Of a stretch of 32,000 bases of DNA, positions 16,360-24,679 are shown one piece after another; within the stretch, counting starts at the first letter, position 1; every line of letters begins with the position of its first letter. The stretch is from Pseudoalteromonas tetraodonis. GTDB taxonomy: Bacteria > Pseudomonadota > Gammaproteobacteria > Enterobacterales > Alteromonadaceae. Where the stretch lies: NCBI RefSeq assembly GCF_002310835.1, contig NZ_CP011042.1:120001-152000 (forward strand), given 5' to 3'. The notes under the pieces are model-generated. The model was not told the origin of the DNA. It was given only the letters and a program-made list of their open reading frames with translations, and did not search any database. The translations under genes were made by a program, and so were the position numbers.

Positions 16360-16437
16360 GTTGTGCTCCTTCAAGCAATGGATTTATAGGTATCTATTTA
16401 GGCTTAGTATAACGAATAAAAGAGTATTTTAGATCAA

Positions 16438-17775
16438 TCATTTAGCCATTTTAACCATAATTCTAAATGGGGTCGGCTTTTTGGCTTCGAGTTGTTGTAG
16501 CTTAACAATCGATTTCGTATTGAAAATATGTCCTTTAGGCAAAAGCATAATACCTGTATGGCTGTGCAGTGAGTTTGCCAATATCATATTTTCTTCGAGT
16601 TCTTGTGCGCTCATCACCTTTATTGAACCAATAGAGCTGTCAGAGGCAATGAGTTTAGCGTGGCTGGCTTCAAGTGCATCGACAATACGCGGGTGGTATA
16701 AGCTGCCACTGTTTGATTTAATACTATTGAGCGCAAATTGATGGCGTTGTTTTGTTGTAAGTAACGGCTCACTTTGCTCGTAACTCTCCCAATAGTCACG
16801 AGCAACACTGAGCACCATAGCACCAATGGGAATATCGTTTTTAGCAAGTCCTTTGGGAATACCTTTGCCATTGTAGCGTTCGAATTGGTGGTAAATTGCA
16901 TCAGACACATCGCTTAAATGAGTCGCAGGCATGAGCATTAATTGTGAAATACTTGGGTGGGTGTAAAATGTTTTTCTTTGAACTTCATTAAGCTCGTTAA
17001 TGGGTTTGTTGTAAAGCTCAGGGTCCATAGCAAGTAAACCAATTTGAGCCAAATACCCCGCAATAGGCGCAAGTTCAATGCTTTTTTGCGATACGTTAAG
17101 GTAACGCGCTATTTGAGTACATGTACCGGCTATATTTTCTGCTCTTTTACCATCGAGATAGGGGTTTGCATTGATAAAATTATAAAGCAGTTCAACAGTA
17201 GATTGGTGCTCTCGTTTTTCACTTTCATTAGCGACTTCAAGTTTTTTTAATACGCTTCTTATTTGTTTTGTCCGCTTTTCGACGAGTTGCTCTAGGTTAG
17301 TATTCAGCTCTTTTAATTGTTCATTTTGCTGATTTACATGGCGCTGTAAAATCTCATTTTGCTTTTTGAGTCTAAACTTTTCGACGCCTGATTGGATAAC
17401 GCTAATTAAGTGATCGTTTTGCCAAGGCTTTTGCACGTAGGCGTGAATGCCTCCTTCATTAACAGCACTAATTGTTGACTCTAAATCAGAAAAACCAGTT
17501 AACAAAATACGCTGGCTATCGGGGGCAACTTTTCTTGCTTTAGCTAAAAACTCAGCACCACTCATTAGTGGCATACGCATGTCACTGATGACGACATCAA
17601 ACTGTTTTTTTTGCATTTTTTCAAGTGCATCATGGCCACTGGTTGAAACACTCACATCAAATTTATATTGGCGCAACAGTCGTACTAAAGATTTGAGTAC
17701 ATTGGCCTCATCATCTAGGCATAAAATGCTCGGCGGCTGTTCATTTAATTGCTCTAATACATCAATGTCCGTCAT
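16438..17775 (-). CDS. Response regulator: REC, coiled coil, then a degenerate HD-GYP domain (HnoD-like architecture)
   Basis: 445 aa. The REC domain reads ILCLDDE...VVISDMRMPLMSG...KPW. The C-terminal domain aligns to HD-GYP but reads YLAQIGLL where LHDIGK is expected, and YHQFERYNGKGIPKGL where HHERxDGxGYPxGL is expected. Confidence 0.85.
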   Translation of the reverse strand: MTDIDVLEQLNEQPPSILCLDDEANVLKSLVRLLRQYKFDVSVSTSGHDALEKMQKKQFDVVISDMRMPLMSGAEFLAKARKVAPDSQRILLTGFSDLESTISAVNEGGIHAYVQKPWQNDHLISVIQSGVEKFRLKKQNEILQRHVNQQNEQLKELNTNLEQLVEKRTKQIRSVLKKLEVANESEKREHQSTVELLYNFINANPYLDGKRAENIAGTCTQIARYLNVSQKSIELAPIAGYLAQIGLLAMDPELYNKPINELNEVQRKTFYTHPSISQLMLMPATHLSDVSDAIYHQFERYNGKGIPKGLAKNDIPIGAMVLSVARDYWESYEQSEPLLTTKQRHQFALNSIKSNSGSLYHPRIVDALEASHAKLIASDSSIGSIKVMSAQELEENMILANSLHSHTGIMLLPKGHIFNTKSIVKLQQLEAKKPTPFRIMVKMAK

Positions 17776-18014
17776 TTTTTTACCAATAAGATAGTGAGTT
17801 GTATGGCTAAATTTAGTCTAAGCTTTGGTTGTAAACAACTGATTTATTTAAGCCGTTTCCAAGTATAGTATTTGAACAATACGCAAATCATTGTTGTTAG
17901 GATTAAATAAGGTAACGCTGTGTTGTAGTTTGTATCTATTTTTACTGTAATTCTCTGTAATTCAACGTGAAGATGAGTACTGATATATAAGCAAAATCGA
18001 GAGTGTGACATAGC

Positions 18015-19424
18015 TTACTCAATTTGTTTGTTGGCATGTAATATGGTCAGTACGTCGTCAGTTAATGTGGGCTTCTTAGGTAACGTAATATAAAAAGCAG
18101 TGCCTTGGTTTAACTGGCTTTCAACCCGAATTTGGCCACTATGTTGCTCTATAATTGCTTTACTTATAGCTAGCCCTAACCCTGTGCCTTGGCCTATTGG
18201 TTTTGTAGTATAGAAAGGGTCAAAAATTTTATTTAATTTGTCCTCATCAATTCCACTGCCATTATCGGCAATGGTTATATAGGCATTTTTTTTATCGGCT
18301 TTAGTGGTAATAGTGATGACACCGACTTTGTCGCAAATGGCTTGAGCGGCGTTAAAAAATAAATTTAAAAATACCTGAGAGAGCTGGGTCGAACGTCCTG
18401 TGATGATAACGGGTTCTGTGTCGTAGTGTTTTTCAACGTTGGCGTTGTATTTAATTTCGTTCCAGGCAACACGTAATGTGTTATCAATGAGCTCTGTTAT
18501 ATCAATATCGCCAATTTGGGTTTGATCCGGATGAGCAAATTGCCTTAATCCTTGAACAATCTCCTTAACACGATCAGCCCCTTCAGTCATTTCAGCAATG
18601 ATATCGCTTGAGTCTGTTTGTAATTCATCAAATTGATAATGTTGTAGCGTATCTGCTAATGTTTGCTGCGCTATGGCTTTTTCTGCTTTGAGTGCGTTAA
18701 TTAAATGACTAAATTGCTCAAGGTTGTAAGCCAAATTTTGGATATTACTGACAATGTAGCTTAAAGGGTTGTTTATTTCGTGTGCAACGCCTGCCGCCAT
18801 TTGCCCTAACGAAGCCATTTTTTCAGAGTTGATTAACACTTGTTCAATGTTACTTTGTTTTTCTTCCATTTCTTTTTGTTTAACAAGTAAATTTCGTTTT
18901 TCAAATTGTGAAATTGTATTCCCTGCAAAGCTGACAAAGCGTTGCATTAAAGTAATATCGTGCTGATTAAATGCGCCAATTGTTTCTGAAAAAATATAGA
19001 GCTGGTAGCTTTCTGTACTGGTACTTACTGGGGTGGTGAGCATTGCATGCTGCGAATGCCAAAAAGGATCAGTTACTTGCCAATCAGGAAGTTGGTGTAA
19101 GTTAAATACATTTTTAATGTCTCTATTGGGTTTATTTAGTGCTTTGAGTTGGGTAATTATTTCATCACTTTGTGGGTGCGATGCTGTAATTAACGTCGTG
19201 GTTTCATTGCTGGGGTTTATTTTAATTAAAATAGCCGCAGAAAAAGCAATGGCTTGCTGCAAAATATCAAAAAACTCAGTGAGTAAGGTTTCAGTTTTGT
19301 CGTTCTTTAAAATGGCATCTAAGCCATTTAAGATCAGGCTATTAAAGGCACGGTTTTCTTCAAGTGCTAAATTATGAACTTGTAATAAGTGTAGCTTTTC
19401 TAACAGTATTTCATTGCTACTCAT
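18015..19424 (-). CDS. Cytoplasmic sensor histidine kinase (GAF-like N-terminus, HisKA, HATPase_c)
   Basis: 469 aa. The H-box is AAGVAHEINNPLSY, the N-box is LNLFFNAAQA, G1 is DNGSGI and G2 is GTGLGLAIS. No TM segments. The start overlaps the FIST gene stop (ATGA, 19421-19424). Confidence 0.9.
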   Translation of the reverse strand: MSSNEILLEKLHLLQVHNLALEENRAFNSLILNGLDAILKNDKTETLLTEFFDILQQAIAFSAAILIKINPSNETTTLITASHPQSDEIITQLKALNKPNRDIKNVFNLHQLPDWQVTDPFWHSQHAMLTTPVSTSTESYQLYIFSETIGAFNQHDITLMQRFVSFAGNTISQFEKRNLLVKQKEMEEKQSNIEQVLINSEKMASLGQMAAGVAHEINNPLSYIVSNIQNLAYNLEQFSHLINALKAEKAIAQQTLADTLQHYQFDELQTDSSDIIAEMTEGADRVKEIVQGLRQFAHPDQTQIGDIDITELIDNTLRVAWNEIKYNANVEKHYDTEPVIITGRSTQLSQVFLNLFFNAAQAICDKVGVITITTKADKKNAYITIADNGSGIDEDKLNKIFDPFYTTKPIGQGTGLGLAISKAIIEQHSGQIRVESQLNQGTAFYITLPKKPTLTDDVLTILHANKQIE

Positions 19425-20605
19425 TCAGGGCCACCAAAGATTTCGCATGAAATCATTAAATTACCATGTTTACTTGTTGAATCGCTGAATGTGCCGAGCT
19501 CCCCAAAAGTAAAGCCCATAATAAACGGTGTGTTGGGTAATTGTGCTGCAATAGACTCTTTAACTTCTTGCATGGCGTCTTTAATTGACAGCATACAGCC
19601 TCCGCAAAAAATGATAATGGCGCCGGTAATATTTTTTATGGCATGGAGTTCTGCCAATTTAGTTAATGAGGTGACAACCATATCACCTCGTTTAATTAAT
19701 TGCTCTGGGCTTCCCGAAGCTAAATAAATAGTATCGCCAACGCTTAAATTTGAAAATAATTCTAGCGTGCCATTTTCAGCTACCGCTGGATGACTTAACA
19801 GTAATCGAGGGATTTCATCATTTAAAGAAAGGGCGCTTGCCAATGGGGTCATTGTTGATTGAGCAAGGATATTTCCTGAAGTTAAGGCGTTTAAACCTAT
19901 GTTTTTTCGCCACTGATTATAAACATCAAACGCGGGCTGGTTATCAATTGTTTTTAATAAACGACCATCCACGTCTGTCACTGTACCTTGCTGGTCGGTT
20001 TTATCGTAGCCTGAACTATAAAAGCCGAATGTTTCTACACTGGGGTATAACACCGCAATAATAAAACCTTGTTGGTATACATTTTCAGTATCGCTAAAAC
20101 ACCACTTTGCTGAAATATCGTTGTCGGCGCAACTTCCTCCAAAAACAGGTATACGCTGCCCGATAGCATCTTGAATTCCCTGCAAAACCAGCTCCTCATT
20201 ACCTGGGACTTGAAAGCACCAGACCATTTTTGGGGCGAGGCCTGCTTGGCCTGCATTAGCAATGGCTTTAAGTACGGTTTGAGCAGCATTTTCTCTTAGA
20301 TTATCGGCTGCATTACAACTTGCAACACCATAATGACCATTTGAGTCTTTAATCGAGAATAAACTAATACTTTGCTCATTTAATGATAGGGTTTGGTCGG
20401 TTGATGACCCAAGACACGAAGAGATGATTAAACAATTGCGAGTGTTTTTTAAAAAGCCTGGCTGGTTATTAAAAAGGTATTTAATGGTATCGGTTGTAGC
20501 AAACCCAAGCAGTAAATCTGGGCTGTTGTTCGTAAACTGACTAACAGGTTGGATAAATTTATCTATATCGCTGCCGTGAGTGTGAAAAGTATCAATGGCG
20601 AACAT
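19421..20605 (-). CDS. FIST-domain sensor protein (FIST_N + FIST_C; NosP-like size and context)
   Basis: 394 aa and cytoplasmic. IPVFGGSCADN, VTDVDGRLLKTIDNQPAFDVY, IIFCGGCM and MGFTFGELG match my memory of FIST_N/FIST_C conserved blocks. It is translationally coupled to the kinase. Confidence 0.7.
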   Translation of the reverse strand: MFAIDTFHTHGSDIDKFIQPVSQFTNNSPDLLLGFATTDTIKYLFNNQPGFLKNTRNCLIISSCLGSSTDQTLSLNEQSISLFSIKDSNGHYGVASCNAADNLRENAAQTVLKAIANAGQAGLAPKMVWCFQVPGNEELVLQGIQDAIGQRIPVFGGSCADNDISAKWCFSDTENVYQQGFIIAVLYPSVETFGFYSSGYDKTDQQGTVTDVDGRLLKTIDNQPAFDVYNQWRKNIGLNALTSGNILAQSTMTPLASALSLNDEIPRLLLSHPAVAENGTLELFSNLSVGDTIYLASGSPEQLIKRGDMVVTSLTKLAELHAIKNITGAIIIFCGGCMLSIKDAMQEVKESIAAQLPNTPFIMGFTFGELGTFSDSTSKHGNLMISCEIFGGPE

Positions 20606-21078
20606 AGATGCCCCTTGGTAATAACAATAGCCACAACCGTGGATGTTTTAATTATTAATAATCGCTTAGAATTTATTCTAGACTATATATTAAATAGAAT
20701 GAATTTAGCTGCTAATTATTAGTCGATATCACCTTTGCCCACGAGTTTTATTTGTCGTGCTGCGTTTAAATTTATGTTAGCGTTGCGTTAAAATCAAGCT
20801 AATAATATTGACATTTTCAGCCCCGGTAAAGCTGAATAAGGTTGCTAATTACTTATATCCTCATCAGTGTATAGAAACGCTGGATCAATGTAGGAGGCCT
20901 AAAAGGGCACTCATTAGCTGAGCGAGGTAATTATAGCTACGAGTAAATAACTTTATTGCTTATGTGTTTAGGCACAACATGCTGATGTGAATTTATTTAA
21001 ATCATTAAGTAACGATACATGGATGAGCTGTGTGAACAATTTACTAGGCACAAGTAAAACTCATTTGAGGTATAAATA

Positions 21079-23087
21079 GTGGCTTTGCGAATTTTATTGG
21101 TAGACGATGAACTCAATGTATTGAAATCTTTAAAACGAGTACTTGTTCGTTCAGGTTATGATGTAATGACGGCATCCACTGGTTTTGAGGCACTTGAAAT
21201 ATTAGCGGCTAATCAAGTTGAGATAATTATTACTGACTTTAGAATGCCAGAAATGAACGGCGCTGATTTATTACGCCAAGTTAAAATTAATTGGCCCGAT
21301 TGCGTAAATTTAGTGCTCAGCGGGTATGCTGATTTTAAGTCTGTGGTTGAGTTATTAAATCAGGGATTAGTATTTCGTTTTTTAGAAAAGCCATGGGTTG
21401 ATAGTGAGCTACTTGAAAACATTAGCGAGGCGAAAGTAAAATATGAACAGCGCCGAGCTAAAAGAGTAAGAGATCAGTTATTAATGGGCAGTATGTCGGC
21501 ATTAATAGAAATAGACAATGACGGCATTATTAATCGTTTTAATGCACCTGCCGCTGAAATCATTTCAGATATTCATTTATACGAAAACAAACACCTCGCC
21601 AATTTAGATACAGCTCAAAACAAAGCGGTAAGTCAGTCGTTTGTTGATAAGCAAAGCAGTACACTTTTTATTAATTATGCTTGCACTTCTGATCTAGCTA
21701 AAAGCGAAGAAGTTATGATTGAGCGTTGTTTACATGACGGTTTTTGCCAGCTTTTAAAGTTATCAATTAACTCAAATAGTATGAGTAATATTTTTCAACT
21801 TACCAGAACACCATCAGTGGTGACTAACGAGTCTGATTTTTATCATCATTTAGCCCTGTGTGAAGCGAATAAAGAATGTTATGCCCTCGTTTATATAGGT
21901 ATTGCGCAGTTTCAATTAATCAATGATCTGTTAGGCGCAGAAGATGGCAGCCACCTTATAAAATTGGTTTTGGAGGTGCTAAAAGGCGTATCAAAGCAAC
22001 CGGTGAAAGTTCTTCATAAGAGCGCCGATCGGTTTGTATTATTTGTTCCTGAAATTAAATCTGATAGTGAAATTTTAACCGATTTAAATAAGGCGATGAA
22101 TGATCTGAAAAAACTACTCCCTAGTAAATATAACGATGCCCATGTGCAGCTTTATGGCGTGTATGGGTTGTTTCCTGAAGATAATTTGAAAGGAAAAGAA
22201 CTCGTTAATCAAATGCAGTTGACGATGAATTACCAAGTAAGTGAACAACAGCGTATTTGTTCTCGGTTTGATCCTCAGCTGGTAGCCGATTATAAAAAGA
22301 ACTTTGAGTTAAGCCGTTTATTATTAACAGCGGTAAGTAATGATGAACTGTCGTTGCGTTTTCAGCCAAAAGTAGACACTAAAACAGGGCAAATATTGAT
22401 TGCTGAGACGCTTATTCGCTGGTATGAGCCGAGTAAACATGGCTGGGTACCGCCAGCTCATTTTATCCCGATTGCTGAATGTGATGGCCAAATTATATCA
22501 ATAGGACGCTGGGTTATTTCTCAAAGTTGTAAAACGTTAAAATATTGGACAGAGAACAATACAGGCGTGCGTGTATTGGCAATTAACTTATCTGCTAGAC
22601 AATTAAAAGATGATCCCGATTGGATTGACTTTATGCTCGAGTGTTTAAGTCGCAATAATTTAGAGTCATCACAGTTGGTTTTTGAGTTAACAGAAACCTA
22701 TTTAATAGAAGATTTTACTATTTGCGAACAACAGTTAATAAAATTAAGAACGTGGGGTTTAAGTTATTGATTGATGACTTTGGTGTAGGTTACTCATCAC
22801 TTGGCTATCTTTCTAAGTTGCCAGTAGATGGTGTTAAACTAGATAGAGCCCTTATTGCTGATATAGAGTCGTCTTTAGCGATGCAAAGTATGATTCGTAA
22901 TATTACGCGTATGTCACATGATCTAAATCTTAAAGTTGTTGCTGAGGGAGTAGAAACAGCCTATCAATGTGAATTAATTAAAAAGTTAGGGTGTGACTAC
23001 ATACAAGGCTATTACTATAGTGAGCCTTTAGAGCAGGATGATTTTTGTAATTACTTAAGCCATTTCAATTCTCAAGGTGCGCAATGA
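21079..23087 (+). pseudogene. REC, PAS-like, degenerate GGDEF and EAL phosphodiesterase gene, split by a 1-nt frameshift (ORFs 21079..22770 and 22722..23087)
   Basis: GTG start with RBS gagg. The REC domain reads LLVDDE...IITDFRMPEMNG...KPW. The GGDEF position reads KSADRF. The EAL motifs are split: IAETLIRW, NLSARQL and FELTETY lie in frame 1, while LLIDDFGVGYSSLGYL, KLDRALI, AEGVET and QGYYYSEP lie in frame 2. Adding one A in ttaAgaac (about 22744-22750) would give ...QQLIKLKNVGFKLLIDDFG. Confidence 0.75.
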
Positions 23088-24241
23088 GTTCAATAGCGGT
23101 AGTCATACTAGATGACGATGCTTTTTTATTAAAAGTATTACAAAGAACTATTCATCGAGCCTTTCCAGAGGTTGATATAATGACAACCTCTGATATTGAT
23201 GAATTTTGGCAACTACTAAACACTAAGCAAGACCTAGATTTAGTATTAAGTGATTATTTAATGCCGCAAATGAATGGTTTGGATGTTTTAGAGCAATGCT
23301 CGTCGCAAAACCCTTACCCAGTGAGGGCATTACTTACTGGCGATATGACACTGAGTACCATGATGCGACAGCCTAATGTTGTGCATGCTTATCTTGCTAA
23401 ACCGTTTAATGAGGCAGACATAACCGCACTTTTTAACAATGTGGCGGCGTTAAAGTCGTTACCCTTTGCTTTTAATGTGCGCAGGCAGTTAGGGGCTATG
23501 ATCAGCTTTCCTGTTTATCCTCTTATTTTGAAAGAACTCAGGGAGTTAGTACAAAGCGATGAATTTGATTTACACGACATTGCCCATGTTGTTTCTCAAG
23601 AGCCAATAATAACTGCTAAATTGTTGCAACTTGCAAACTCATCTTATCTTGGGTTTGTAAGGCCAACATCGTCAATTGATGAAGCTGTGTCGAGGCTCGG
23701 AACAACGATATTAATGGCTATCACCACTTCTTTATTAGTTGCCAAAAATTTTGAATCATCCATTCCTTCGGCTATCCATGAGAAACAATTGAATATAGCA
23801 GCGAATTACGCTAGTTGTGTTAAGCGTTTTGCTAAGCAGGCAGGTTTTAACTTACATGATCAAGAACTATTATTTTCAGTGGCGTTATTGAGTTTTGTTG
23901 GCAAAATTATTTTGCTGTCTCAAGGGGAAAGTGAAGCGTATTTTGAGCATGAAAAAGCCGTGAGTGAAGAATATGCTAGTTCTAACTTTATTTCGGCCTA
24001 TGTTTTAAAGTTATGGGGATACGACACGAAAATGTGTAGCTTATTAATGAGTTGCCATGATTTAGCCGCCACTGATGATAATGAGTTAATTCCGCTTAAT
24101 CATACGTTATTTATTGTTAGGCAAATTCTTTTTGATAAACACTCCCCCATGCAGTTACGCGCATACTGTGACTCAAAAGGTGTAGACCCTATACTTTGCC
24201 ATCTAATTAGTGAATTTGATTGGCATAGTTATACCTCTTAA
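23084..24241 (+). CDS. Response regulator with a C-terminal HDOD domain
   Basis: 385 aa. The REC domain reads VVILDDD...LVLSDYLMPQMNG...AKPF. The HDOD region reads FPVYPLILKELRELVQSDEFDLHDIAHVVSQEPIITAKLLQLANSSYLGF...IDEAVSRLG. The ATGA overlap with the upstream EAL gene is at 23084-23087. Confidence 0.8.
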   Translation: MSSIAVVILDDDAFLLKVLQRTIHRAFPEVDIMTTSDIDEFWQLLNTKQDLDLVLSDYLMPQMNGLDVLEQCSSQNPYPVRALLTGDMTLSTMMRQPNVVHAYLAKPFNEADITALFNNVAALKSLPFAFNVRRQLGAMISFPVYPLILKELRELVQSDEFDLHDIAHVVSQEPIITAKLLQLANSSYLGFVRPTSSIDEAVSRLGTTILMAITTSLLVAKNFESSIPSAIHEKQLNIAANYASCVKRFAKQAGFNLHDQELLFSVALLSFVGKIILLSQGESEAYFEHEKAVSEEYASSNFISAYVLKLWGYDTKMCSLLMSCHDLAATDDNELIPLNHTLFIVRQILFDKHSPMQLRAYCDSKGVDPILCHLISEFDWHSYTS

Positions 24242-24679
24242 ATAGGCCTGTACAAAATATTGTTTAAAAATGGACAGTACTACATAACTAGCTATGTATA
24301 GTTTTTTCTGAGTACCCTTTCTTCCCTTTATTATCTACTTTAGTCTTATAAAAACCGCATAAAACCTCATTTGGAGTGTATTTTTTGCTCATTGCAGAGT
24401 AAAAAATATACAAAACCGTTATTTTCACTAATTATGAATAAAACCTCATTATTAACATTGTATTAACTTTGGGCGCTGTGATATTAAATTGCTACTTTGG
24501 TTGTATTTTGAGCTTTTATAGGTGTTATTTTCCTGTTTTTAAAGTTATTTGCATTCTTATGCTAATTTTATCAAATTTTTTGTTTCTTTTTGTTTGTGTA
24601 TGTTGCTAGGATGTTGGCAATGGGATACAGGAATATACCCCACACATATTATAAGAATACACAAAACAGGGTCATCATT

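Noticed and set aside
16360-16374. TTG at 16374 as the hemH start.
   Set aside because: This TTG is directly followed by AAGGAG, which is better read as the RBS for the GTG at 16359.
20606-21078. Divergent 473-bp control region of the signalling locus, searched for small ORFs, riboswitch-like structure or strong operators. It contains the short inverted repeat tagaat-tt-attcta near 20668-20681.
   Set aside because: Only a 6-bp inverted repeat and AT-rich sequence are present, which is not enough to call a site. It is left as unexplained promoter DNA.
22722-22770. The TTG 'start' of the 121-aa ORF as an independent gene start.
   Set aside because: The product begins in the middle of an EAL domain, whose first half is encoded upstream in another frame. 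I interpret it as a frameshift, not as two genes.
24420-24460. Possible Fur box (aattatgaataaaacctcattatt) upstream of the TonB-dependent receptor.
   Set aside because: The spacing between the atga and tcat half-sites is wrong for the 19-bp Fur consensus. No convincing 9-1-9 or hexamer array is present.
24590-24679. TTG-initiated 30-aa N-terminal extension of the TonB-dependent receptor ORF.
   Set aside because: A canonical signal peptide begins at Met31 (ATG 24680), and the extension has no signal-like features.
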